Positions 37,099 through 49,265 of a DNA stretch of 64,000 bases are shown here, one piece after another (the stretch's first letter is position 1; every line of letters starts with the position of its first letter). Source of the stretch: Ruditapes philippinarum (Eukaryota); contig NW_026862271.1 in the NCBI RefSeq assembly GCF_026571515.1, positions 186,001 through 250,000 of the forward strand, in the 5' to 3' direction. A program made the translations under genes and the position numbers. The notes under the pieces were generated by a model. The model was not told the DNA's origin. It did not search any database and was given only the letters and a program-made list of their open reading frames with translations.

Positions 37099-40000
37099 AA
37101 TTTGAAGACGATAATAGCAAATATTAGAGTCCCTGCCAAATAAGCTGCTAAATATCCGAAGTTGTTTGCAATATCATCCACAGCACCGGGTAATATTTGT
37201 TTAGGTAATAATTTCCACTTTCAATACAATTCAACGTCACTGAAATGTATAAAATATGTTTGGTACTATAAATTCATAATACTATGTAGTTCATATAAAA
37301 TAGAAATACATAAGGTAAGATAAATATTAATTCAAGTTATACTGATATTATTAATGCGATTTGATATTCTAATACTTTGCATGGGATGACTAAAAGATTT
37401 TCATACTTTTTTACAGGAAGAAATTAGTAAAAAACACAACACTTATTTTGGTCAGGTATCGGAGCATTTGCAGTCATTTTTTATTGTATGCCAATGTCTT
37501 CAAACTTACCATTCCGATCACAGTCAAAGTCAAGGTCTTTAAACTCGTTTGCTACAAAAATGGCTGCAGAATATCTATGTATTAGTATATAGCTTAACCA
37601 CTCCATTGGTTCAACCAAGGTATCTAATGTTCTGAAAGGAAATATATTTTACAGACGTTGGAAAAATTGTTACACTGAAGTTATACTGGACAAAATGTGA
37701 CATTTATTCATCAAAGAAAACAATAATAATACCCTTTTTAATAAAACCTTACAAACAATCATTGATATCTTATTTTACCTTTACTAACATAGGTCCATAC
37801 AATCCGTCTCGACTCTCGCGCTAGTATAAATCCCGCAAATTGAACCGATTATGTTGTCAATTATAAGTTTAAACGTTGGTGTACATCTTCAAAAATATAC
37901 GAGGCATAACACAAACATCTGGTCTTTGTATATATTTGTATAAATTTTGCCTGCACCTGCGTTTTGTTGAACATTTTGCCTCATCTTCATTCATCCTTAT
38001 CCTCTCGTTCATTCAATTTAATATTTTTTAAAGAAAAAAACCCAAACATTTCAAGAATAAAATGTCATAAAATCAGACAACAAGTCTTTCTTGTTCAAAA
38101 TATATAACAATAAATGTAACGTAGTTCTTGAATGAACACTTATTTTTACTGATTTCTGCATTGATATGTGTAAATGTTTTTTTGCAGGTAAATGATTATA
38201 CGTACAAAGTGCTATGCTGTTAATGATTCCCATGAAGGGAGGGCCTGTGGTAGCGTTATAGATGAGACTAATACGGTCCTGGATACTTGTCTGTGTGCAT
38301 TTTTAACACTTCTCAAGAAAATGATGATAAACACCATAAACAAGGGGAGTAGAAAAATACGAGCAAAGTAGTATTTTCGATCTCTAAAAACGTTAGTATA
38401 CATCCGGCTGAAAAATAAGGATTTGTTCATAAACCGCTCAATTTATTATTATAGACATGTGAAAGCATAGCATATAAATACATTACCAATGACAAAGTAA
38501 CCGTTATGGGTATAAAAGCCTCGTTAGTGAGATTTTTTTAATCTTACAAAGTTTGGAGTGTAAGTCGCTGTCATTTGATATTAATCAAATCTTTTACATC
38601 TGTAAGTGTTTTATTATCAATTTGACTTAATCTGAATAATCAAATCTAAAATGCAAAATAGCAGATCTGAGACATTTCACAAATTACTCTCCATATACAT
38701 GTAGTGACGTGTTTTTATTTGTAAGGTAATATAGAAAACGAACGTTTTAACCAACAATCTCTATTGATTCTATAAAATAATGATTTACCATATAATTGTA
38801 ATAAGCACCCTCATGCAACTTGGTCCGCTACTTGCTACACTACCACTAGCGAGCTTACTGGCATCAGTTCCATTCATTGCATTTCTTATATTGTGGAGAG
38901 TTTGTTGGTTTATTTGTGAGATTTGTAAAGCTTCCACCAAACTATCTACACGTTTCGTACTTTAATATTTTCTATCTTAATCACGACGACCTATGCTCGC
39001 AACATCGAAAGAGAAGGACTTAAGCGTATTTAACTGTATTGGACTGTATTGTTTTGGCGTTTTCTTATAATTTTGTTGTAAACAAGGTAAACTTTAATAA
39101 AAAAATATCCGAATGACACAAGTATGTAATCTTTCAATTGATATAACTATAAACAGATTTGATTTATTTAGTAAACAATTTGCAAAAAGATAATCGAATG
39201 TTAACATGAAGGAATATATATAGATATTGTTTATTACTTTATAAATGTACTTTATTTTGCTTTTTACAGTAACGCATTTTTGATGTTAAATTTATAACGA
39301 TACCAGAATTTCATATTATAAAATAAATGACTTGTCTATACTAAATATAGACTTATATTTACCCGTGATGTGTTTAAAAATATTTACGACATAATTATCC
39401 TATAACTTACTATATCTATCTAAAGGGTTTGTATATGTATCACAAGGATAACCAAGAGCTGTGAAATAAGGAACCATCTTTGGCAGGTCCACAATACACC
39501 ATCTGTCCCTTTGACATGATTCCAATCTGATCAAACATGTGGAAGATATCTGAACTAGGTTGATGGACTTTAAACAGAACAATTTCCCCTTGTTTAGCGA
39601 GATCACGGAGATTTCTGACTAGGTAACGAGCAGTGTTACTGTCCAAACTTGATGTCCAACAAAACCATATCTATATCAAAATCAACAAAAATTCATTTAA
39701 AACAGAGCGAACAGAATTATATCTATATGAGAACCAACCTAAACATTTCAATAACTTAATCATCAGCAACGTATCATATTCAGCACTAGGTAAAACTATA
39801 TCTACAATAGAACAAAACACAACAACAACAAAATATTTTCAAAACAAAAACAAGCAAGTCTTAAGTTAGCAGAACAATTAAACTATTTTTATAACATAAC
39901 CATTTCTAAGAAATTTACTGCTTCAAAAGATTTGAAATTGTGATATACAAGTACCATGATGTTTAATTGGAGTTATCAATCTCAATTACCTGGATATTTA

Positions 40001-41049
40001 AGTAACTGAATTGCTATGGTAACTCGTCTTTGCTCTCCCCCTGAGATTCCACGGATAATACTACTTCTTATCCTTGAGTCAGCAACATCTTTTAAACCCA
40101 TTTGTTGTATTACTTTAGCTACCTTTAATTTTTTATTACAATTTTGAAATAAACTACATTGATAAAGATGTATCAAATATACTTCTAAACGATATAAATG
40201 TATTCTTGATACATGTAACAACCTCATGAAGACATCCATTTTAGTTATCACATATAAATATTCAATTTGAACATCAAATTCCTTATTCGTTCCCGGTCCT
40301 ACATTCAAACGCTAAGATACATCATTAGAAAATCTACACAGATATTTGAGCAAATTACATTACACTACTTTTATTTCACATAATTTAATATTTGTTGAAA
40401 AAGGTTGCTTTGCTTCCGCAAAGCAGTTATTTTACTACTTTATAAAAGAAAATTACCTTCCGTTCAATATCATCTGTTGTTACATGTGCTGGTAATTTCA
40501 ACTTTGCAGTGTATCTTAACGTTTCTCTAACAGTAGAGTTAGGTAACAGCCTGCATGACGTACGTAGCATATTGCTGGATGACGTCCCGAGTACATTTAA
40601 AGATCCTGTTTGTTTTGTGATTGATATTGTTACTGTGTGTATACCACACTTGCAAAAAATTATATATGTATATAATTATGCAAATAAAACAATTTTCAAA
40701 CATCGAAGAATATGTTAAATGTGTACTGCAAATATTTGTGCACATTATATTTAATCATTAAATTACATGCATTCATTTCTTATCCGAAAATTTGACTTAG
40801 AATTTATAGAAAATAAATTTCTAATTACCTCCCTTTATTTACATGAAATGTTAAATTGGGCAATATCTTTATAAATAATGCTTATTGAAACTTACAATAT
40901 TGACAAATCTTAATTTGAGCATCATATTTATGAAATAAAACCATGAAAAAATTGTGTTACAGGATCTTTAACGTTGTTAAGATATACCTGTCCACTGACA
41001 TCTCCCGTTGACCGACTAGATATTACATCAAGCATTGAGGTTCTGAATC
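37074..41049 (-). pseudogene. ABCG5: ABCG5-like half transporter, copy 1 (pseudogene, 5'-truncated)
   Basis: Exon remnants: degenerate Walker A end (GFRTSMLDVIS), YVMQ..LLPN.TVRETL, signature ISGGEQRRVTIAIQLL, Walker B with deletion, HQPSSDIF, GYPC..YTNPLD, IQDRI.LIY, ESRDGLY, ANEF. Multiple frameshifts, a MITE inside an exon and missing exons. Confidence 0.85.
40601..40967. mobile_element. 367-bp MITE, Kolobok-like (TTAA TSD, AG...CT termini)
   Basis: TIR AGATCCTGT/ACAGGATCT; TTAA at 40597-40600 and 40968-40971. Removing the element and one TTAA restores the ABCG5 frame YLNNVKCTRDVIQQY. Confidence 0.75.
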
Positions 41050-41149
41050 CTGAAATAAAATTACATGTAAGGACATTACTTTCAAATGTTACATAAATGC
41101 CTTCTGCATTAACATGTATTGTGATGACATGCTTTAACAAAATCTTCAG

Positions 41150-43326
41150 CAATAACTTTAATTAAAAAAAGCAACCATAACGAACAATTAGAGTCCATCA
41201 AGTAAAAGATGTGTGTCAATTTTTAAAACAAGTTGCATGACAAGTTCAATATTGTTTACAAAATACACAATCTAAAAATGTAAACAGTGGCTTCTTTGTC
41301 TGACATTTTATCTAACATAAGTCAGCCTCTGGTTATCTATTTTAAATTGATATATCTTAAACTTTATCGTGTTGTCTTATCCTTCAATATAACTTATCAG
41401 CATATGAATATGGATCTAGCAAAATATTTTTTTGCCTTTTTTTTCTAATATTATATTCTGTTTTTCAAATTTATGTACATATAAAACGATAAAAGGCAAC
41501 TTAAATGAGACGTTTTATGACCGGATATAAAAGAGGAAGTATAGAATAACAAATAATTTTTATACGTTTTTTTTGTATTTAGCAAAAGAGAAGTAGAGTT
41601 TTATTGATGGATAGGAGAAATTTGTTTTCTAATATGGGTCACAATTACAATTTGTTAAACATTTGTTGCTGCTTCTATTTGATATTTATATAATTATAAA
41701 TGTATCTATTGAATAGAAAGTAACAAAATAACATACCTATTAAGCTTTTGAATATATAACATGTATAAGGACACCACTTACCTTTTTTGTTCTAGATTGT
41801 AAACCACTCAGTTCACACAGACAAATTCCACCTGTGTTTACAAAAGCAACTGTGATAATTTCTGCCAAGTTATCTTAGCAAGAGGGCCATGATGGCCCTG
41901 AAATCGCTCACCTGTATATAGGCCCCTGGGCAAAGGCCTATTTTAAACCAGGGGCTTTTATTTGAACGAAACTGGTAGACACCCATTAGAAGATGTTTCA
42001 TGATAAATATCTAAGCTCTTACTCTTATAAGTTTTATAAGAATATTTTTAATGTTTTGACTATATACATATAGGGAAAAACAATGACCCTCACGGAGGGG
42101 CGAATTTTGACCGCAGGGCTTTTATGTGAACAAACATTGTAGACACTCACTTAAAGATTTTCATGCTTAGTATCTAAACTCTAGCTCTTAGGGTTTTTAA
42201 AAAAAAAACAATTTAAGTTTTTACTATACACATATAAGCAAAATCAATAACGCCCGGGGCGGGGCCAATTTTTACCCAAGGACCCTTATTTGAACAAACT
42301 TGGCAGACACCCATTAGAAGATGTTTTACGATAAATATCTTAGCTCTAACTCTTTGGGGTTTTTAAAAAGAACATTTTTTAAAGTTTTTACCATATACAT
42401 AAAGGGAAAAATAATGACCCCTTGGGACGGGGCCAATTTTTACCCCAGGGCTTTTATTTGAACAATCTTGGTAGACACTGACTAGATAATGTTTCATGCC
42501 AAATATTTAAGCTCTAGCTCTTTTTGTTTTCTAAAAGAAGATATTAAGTGTTTTCTTTGAACAATATTTAAAGTTGACTACCAAAGAAACATTCATGTGA
42601 AGTTTGGATGAAATTAGCTTAGCGGTTTATGAGGAGATGTCGTTTTAAGTAAAAGTTAGACTTTTTATTATGAAATGAAGAGCTTTAAACATTTGACTTT
42701 TAAGTGTGACCTTGACCTTGGGATAACAACCCAATTTTCGCCCTCTGCACATCGTCTCATTATGGTGATTACTTCTGCCAATTTATTTTTTTAAAAATTT
42801 CAGTAGTTTAAATGTAATAGAGCGGTAACAAAATATAGACTTCTATTATGAAATGAAGAGCTTTTAAAATTTGACCTTGACCTTGGGGGTAGCAACCCAA
42901 TTATTTCGCTCTGCACATCGTCTCATTATAGTGAGTACTTGTGCCAATTTATTTCAAAAAATTTTCAGTGGTTTAAAATTTATGGAGCGGACACAAACGT
43001 GTTACGGACGGACAGACGGACAGAAGGACGGACTGACAGACGGATGCCATTCCTATAATCCCCTTTCCGGTATGCAGAAGGGGATGAACAAAGGCATTAC
43101 ACATGTTGAGGGTCATATAAACATCATGGAGACAGACCTGTACACAAACATCATAAGGTAACTATAGACATCACAACAATCAAACTGGTCAAAAAGGCCA
43201 TCATCAAGACCATCACGAAGAGAATGGTCATTATCAATATAATTACAGTGATCATCATGATGGATTTCATAGTCAATATGAGAAACATGCAGGACCTTAA
43301 TACCTTAATAAGAGTCATGATAAAAT
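41150..43326 (+). pseudogene. Sushi-His gene copy 3 (disrupted)
   Basis: 41150-41845 matches intron 1 and the start of the Sushi exon (DCKPLSSHRQIPPVFTK). 43087-43326 matches the start of the His tail with stops. The Sushi core and TM segment are replaced by a transposon; the 3' flank resumes at about 46030. Confidence 0.85.
41850..43088 (+). mobile_element. Pearl/HINE-type composite element(s) with internal satellite arrays
   Basis: 5' hairpin AGGGCCAT-G-ATGGCCCT (41883-41899), four ~165-bp monomers (about 41936-42550), two ~177-bp monomers (about 42660-43000), (ACGG/ACAG)n at 43004-43044 and 3' hairpin ATCCCCTT...AAGGGGAT (43058-43085). Confidence 0.75.
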
Positions 43327-43859
43327 ATGATGAACAAGTTCAACAAGGAAAAGCGGCGTTCAATGAACGCAGCCCCATCCGACCCAGCAACAAGAGTCTG
43401 TGGCAAGGAGCCCAGGAAAAAGTTGAAATCCGAGTCTTCATTAACCCTTTACGCGATATACTCGCCTTTTAACGCCCTTTTTACCACCCTGTTTTGTTGT
43501 CTCAAATGGTAAGAAAATACCTTATTTAGGCCCCAAGACTTGTTTTTGTTTGAGAAATGTTGTTAAAAATGTGACCACCTTTTCGGCGCCGCCCCGAAAC
43601 TAAAAGAACATTTTGGACTTGTGAGAGGCTAAAATGACCCCAGATCCATCATAAGGTAACGTGTAACAAACGCTCAAAAGCATTTGAATCTATCTCAATC
43701 AATTGAGAAGTTGCAGCACTTTCAATTTTGATGGAAAAAAATCAACGCAAAATAGTGATTTTTGGCAATTTTGAGATGTCCCCTCGTTGCCATGGTAACA
43801 GAAAATTTAAGCCTGAGCATGTTGTTGGAAAAGCAATGGTCCAGTCAACATTTGTGCCA

Positions 43860-45160
43860 AAAAATATGATAAAAAAGATCAACAAGGAAAGGCGGCACTC
43901 AACGAACGTAACCCCCACCCGACGCGACAAGGAGCCCAGGAGGACCCTAAACAAAAACAGGACAGGGCACAAAGCAGAGCATGGGCAGGCTTATCACTAA
44001 AATCATCAGCAACTGATAAGGAACTAAAAGAAAACAAATAAATGATTGAATAATAGGCCCATAAAGTCAAAGGGCACAAGGGAAGGGGACAGGAGACCCG
44101 GGGAAGGAAGGGGATAAATAAAATAAATTAAAACTAGGGGCAAATGGGAAGGTACTTACCGTAGACGAGAAAAAACAAGGGACACAAGTGTCACCAAAAC
44201 ATTATGAAACAACATAGACATACATCTGAGGATTACAGAGGGGCGCCGCCTTGGAACGGTCAGCAGCATAAATACTGCTGGGGAGTTTTAACCGGTTAAT
44301 GGTGCACCAAACCTCGCTCTTAGCCCCATTATGTTCCTATAAACGAGACAGTGTAATCAAAATGAATCCCCGCCAAGTGAAATTCTAACAGTTGTCATGG
44401 TTACAAAAGGTTAAATAAGTAAAACACCAAAATGATCATGTAGAAACATATAAAAGTAATCCCTATGACCATAACAAAAGTACTCAATGTCTTAAAGGAA
44501 ACAGAAGAAACAAGAAAATCACCTACAAGGGCCCGACGAAGCAAGACAGAAGACGAACATTTAGGCAATTCAGTCTCAAAGGGCTTTAAGAACTGTCCAT
44601 CATAGAGTCTCCCACTTGGTCCGTCAGATGTAATCAAAAGAGGAAAGCGTAGCGTCCAACTGTAAATGGGTTGAACACTAAGCATGCGGTATGTCTTAAA
44701 ATAGTAGAGTCATAACCAACTTTAATAAAACGTTTAATAATTTTAGTAAAGACAACAGAAAAATTACAATGACCCAAGATCTTACGAAGTTTGTAAACAA
44801 CATCCCCGTAAAAATCAGGCTGGCTAATTCCTTGTCGCAGAAGTGATTTTAGATCACTATTGAATTTTGAAATTAAATCAAAGTTACGATTGTAAAGTTT
44901 TGTAAAAAAATTACTTAATTTATAATAGCAGTAGCCCTGTTTCAGTAGCTTACCGGTAATGAAAATATTTCGATCGTTAAAATCCTTTACGTTGTTACAA
45001 GCCCTAGCAAATCTAATTAACTGAGATATGTAAACCCCGTAAGATGTTGCATGCGGTACGTCTCCATTCAAATAAGGATAATTTACTATACCAAAATCAA
45101 AGTCATCTTTTTTATCATAGATTTTCGTGTGAATAGAATTGTTTTTGATAGTGATAGTTA
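43860..45160 (-). mobile_element. 5'-truncated Penelope-like retroelement (RT C-terminus, no downstream GIY-YIG; Naiad-like) with 3' UTR
   Basis: Translation HTKIYDKKDDFDFGIVNYPYLNGDVPHATSYGVYISQLIRFARAC...KLLKQGY...ISQPDFYGDVVYKLRKI. The 3' region 43900-44210 recurs at 55910-56260. Confidence 0.7.
44548..44613 (-). promoter_or_regulatory. SECIS-like stem-loop (one core substitution) at the end of the retroelement ORF
   Basis: The - strand reads GGGAGAC-TCT-ATGAT-GGACAGTTC-TT-AAA-GCCCTTTGAGACT-GAATTGCC-TAAA-TGTTC-GTCTTCT: helix I, AUGA, helix II and apical AAA are present; the 3' quartet reads UAAA instead of UGAA. Confidence 0.55.
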
Positions 45161-45199
45161 GTTTGATAAGTATTGAAGCAGTTTTATAGTATTATAGCA

Positions 45200-46025
45200 A
45201 TTTGAATTTGTAACGGGAGACTTTTCAATGAAAACAGACATTTTTCACAAAATGTTCATGAAGTAATGGGTTAAGTACCTCTGTAAGAAAGGGATGTTCC
45301 CAGGGAAATCCATGAAGACTTCATGGAAAAACTTGGGAAGAATTCCCCTTCTTATAGCACTGTGAAACATGGGCTACTGAATTCAAGAGGGTCAGGGAGA
45401 GCATGATGGGCGGCCTGGGCGGCCAAAAGAGTCCACCAACGATGAAACTGCATGATCTGGTCATGTGCGACAGAAGACCTACAAAGCATTGGTAGGGAAG
45501 TTGGTATAAGCTTTGGTTTAGTTCAGTATCCGATAAAAATTCAAGAAGGGAGGATGATGGCTTAAATTATTTCGGATTGTCAGGCGATAATCATGATTGG
45601 CTATCCTAAGCAAGGTCGTACTATTAAAGGCAAACTGACACAAGGCGTTCTGCTCCTGCTCGACAATGCGCCAGCTCACACATCCTAAGTTGCGATGGCT
45701 ACTGCAACTGACTGCGGCTTTCTTATTCTTTCCCATCCCCCATATTCACTTAGACTTAGCCCCCTCTGACTTCTACCTGTTTCCGAAACTGAAAACAAAG
45801 CTTCGTGATGAAGTAGACGTTTTGGAAGCAATGAAGGTGTCATGGAGGCGGTCAATGAGTTCTTTGAGGACCAAAATAGAGAGTTCTATTTTGAAGGGTT
45901 AAACAAGTTGGAGCACAGGTAGGCAAAGTGCATTGATGTAGAGGGCGATTATATTGAAAAGTAAAACCATAAGATGGGTTCTCTGACTACCGGAAGTACA
46001 TGGGGCCAAGAACTTTTTGATCTGT
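45200..46025 (+). mobile_element. Internally deleted, frameshifted mariner (Tc1/mariner) transposase relic
   Basis: N-terminal KYLCKKG..EIHEDFME.LGK.SPSYSTVK..EFKR and C-terminal DNAPAHTS, HPP(YS)LDLAPSDFYLFPKLK, EGLNKLEHR*AKCIDVEGDYIEK*. Confidence 0.85.
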
Positions 46026-47344
46026 TATAACAACAGTAACCACTATAACAATATTAAAAAGAATGGAAGTTGATAATAAACAAACCTTAAGTAAACATAT
46101 TTAGGAAAAGTAAAAAGACAATCTGTGGTTTGTTAATTTTTGGTCTGTAGTTTCTTGGACAATTGACTTTCTTCAAAAAGAATTTTCCCCATGCTTTTGG
46201 TAAAAAGTTCACTTACAAGATGACAAAAAGAATGATTGATTTATTAAGTTACTGTAATTATATAGATATTTATAGAACAAAATTTGTTTTTACTTAATCA
46301 GAAATGAATTTCATTATTACTTATAGTCTTTCAGAGGAGGACCAAATTTATATTTTCCAAATGGTTTGATTACTGATCATACCTACGAAATAATGTTTCA
46401 GCTGTGAATATGAATATGGCAGTTTTCATATATTATTAATGTTTTCACAATATGGTATAAAAAGTATGTAATGAAATTCTAAAACTAAAGAAGCAATGAC
46501 ATTGTTTATAATTTCAAAACCATTTTTATTTGATAAATCCGTTTACGCTAAACCATAATATAAAAACAGGTGTCAATAGCTGCTTTTCAATTTCAGTCAC
46601 AGCCAATATTCTCATATGATTCTCGTCATTCTCGATCATTGTTGGTAGAACAGTAAGTGCTAAAGATTGTTTGTAAATCAAGCCAATGGTAGATGCAACA
46701 AGAGATGTTGCATTGTTCATGATGTCTCTGAACCTGAATCAGCTTTCTATAAATCCTTCCTTATGAGCTTTCATCTTCACTTTAACATTGACAAAGCAAT
46801 GTAAAACAAATTGTTAAAAAAAAAAGTCACGCTGTTGAAATATGGTGACAAATACTGCCAAAATCAGACATTCATCGCATATAACATGTAAATTATTACT
46901 TGAATCTTGTTTTTTTTTTTTTTTTTTTTTAGAATCTCAGTACATTTTTCTTAAATTTGATTTTTCTTGAAATATTTTCGATCATCTAGAAGCATGCTTT
47001 CGATTATGAACCGTTAAATCTTTTCTTGTCATATCTTCTTTTCAGGCCCCACATGGGGTAACCCCATTTATTCGCTTCGTCACATAACCATTTGTGGGTC
47101 AAAGCACATCCCACAGTGGTTTTAACAAATTATCTTTTATCATGCATAGGAACGGGGTATACCAGATGTCAAACTAATATTTATTATTATAGTGAAAGGA
47201 CAGTTATTTACAAAAAAGACAATCAAAAAGAAAAAACACACACACACAAAAAAAACACAAGGAAACAAGGACGACACATGCTTTCACACTCACAATCATA
47301 ACCGTATTTTAAAAAAAAAGTTTAAAAAGCATCACCAATATATG

Positions 47345-48790
47345 ACATTTTTTCTTTTCAAAATAAAGACATAATTTTTGTAAAAAGACTCCGAACTTTA
47401 TCAAACTTTGATAACCTATTATTTGTGATTGCTCCCTCTTTATCAGTCATGAGCTTTTGTGTTATAAAGTTTTTAGCTTCAACCGTTGATAAAGAAAGAT
47501 CAAGCATTTTACTTAACATTGATATACACACATTTAAATGTATACTAAAAATAAGTGGTTTTGCGTTAGATAGATCATCTTTTGCATTATAGCCAAACAT
47601 CATTTCTTATATACCCAAAGATAAAAAAGGTTCTTCATTTATTTTAAGAAATTCCTTTATAAATGTTTTGACAATGGGACACAGCCAAAATAGGTGCTCA
47701 ATTCTTTCAACATCATTACTACAAAAAAAATCAAAAAGGACTCTCCTTATACTTAATTTTGTATAAAAGGTGATTGGTTCCAATAATCCTGTGAAAAATT
47801 CTTGTTTGGAACCATTGCAACTGGCACATTTCAAATTTAATTTTTCATTCATTTAATTAAGATTTTTGGTTCATTTATCGATACTTGTGGGCTTTGATTG
47901 GTTTATATCAAATATATTATAGAAAGGGTTTGCTCCATTTATGTCTGATACAATATCTTTAAAGTATGGCAATTCTTTTCTGTGAGGTGTATAAGATAAT
48001 ATTATATTTATTTAAACATTGCTTTATTGATAAAATCATACCGTTGAAAGTTAAGATATTATATTGAACATGGTATCTATAAATTAATTCATTATAAGAT
48101 AAGAACTTTCCTCAAGATGCTATTAGGTGTTCTATGTTATAAAATCAGCATCGAACCACGATTTTAAATATACGCTTTCTGAACCAATTGATATGTTATT
48201 ATTATAAAATAAAGGATGTTTTCCAAAAGAATGATTTTATATTGAAAGTAATTCTATATAACTTGATAAGGCTGTAAAGGTGACCTTCCAAAAAAGATTG
48301 GTCGTTTCTTTTGCAAATTTATCAAAGTAATGGTTTCCGCAGTGAAAAAAGTTTGAGTATCTATTTTGTCGTAAAGATAACTTTTCCAACTAGCATTTCC
48401 TTGCCAAATAAAACCATAAAACATTTCATTTAATACACGATTACATCTTCAGAAGGGTTTTGTAGTGAAATACATATATGATTTAGAGATGAATCAAAAT
48501 AAAATTTATAACAGCAAATTAACCGATTGGTGTGAGAATTATACTTTTCCAATTTTGAATAACCTTTCGATATATCTCTATTCTTTTGCTATAGTTTAAA
48601 TCTATCATTTTCTTTAAGTCAACATGAAAATTTATGTCTATTATTTTAAATTGATGTTGCTTCCATTTAATTTCCATTTTGTTTTTGTACTGTTTTGAGA
48701 ATATTTCATTTTCCCTATCCACACAACCTTAGTTCTATAAAAATTAACATTAAGTACCGATAGTTCTGCAAAATCAGACAAGATTTCCAT
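47345..48790 (-). mobile_element. Degenerate L1/Tx1-type LINE ORF2 C-terminal fragment
   Basis: LNY..RIE....IQNWK..ILTPIG and zinc-knuckle-like C..C...E.IEHLFWLCPIVKTF segments in broken frames; absent from the paralogous 3' flanks. Confidence 0.65.
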
Positions 48791-49265
48791 AATTTATTGC
48801 CATATCTTCATTTCAAGTGTACAAGTAAGTGATTACGTTATTAACATAACTTCCATATCTCCGTCGTTGTACATCTAAAATTCACATTTAATGTAACAAT
48901 TAGTATTTGCACATTTGTTGTTTTTTACATCAAGTAAACTTTCAAAATATCTCTTGGTGCGAGGTTTAATCTAAACTTAAAACAAAACTTTTAATAAATT
49001 CTTTTCATCAAACACTGTCTTCCGACTTGGTATTTAGCTTGACTTGGCGACGATTACTTTTATCTTGTTCAAGCTTCTACACACTATTCAGTTTTATTTC
49101 AGAGTGTGAAAGTATAGCTTATGAAAGTCTAAAACATTACATAAGTAAAAAGAAGATTAAGTACTACTTAAAGTTTGTGTGAGACTGATTCTTAAATATG
49201 TATCTTTGTAGTTTTTTTTTTTAACTTTCATAACGTTTATTTATGTGAATCAGGTTGGATGCGTT

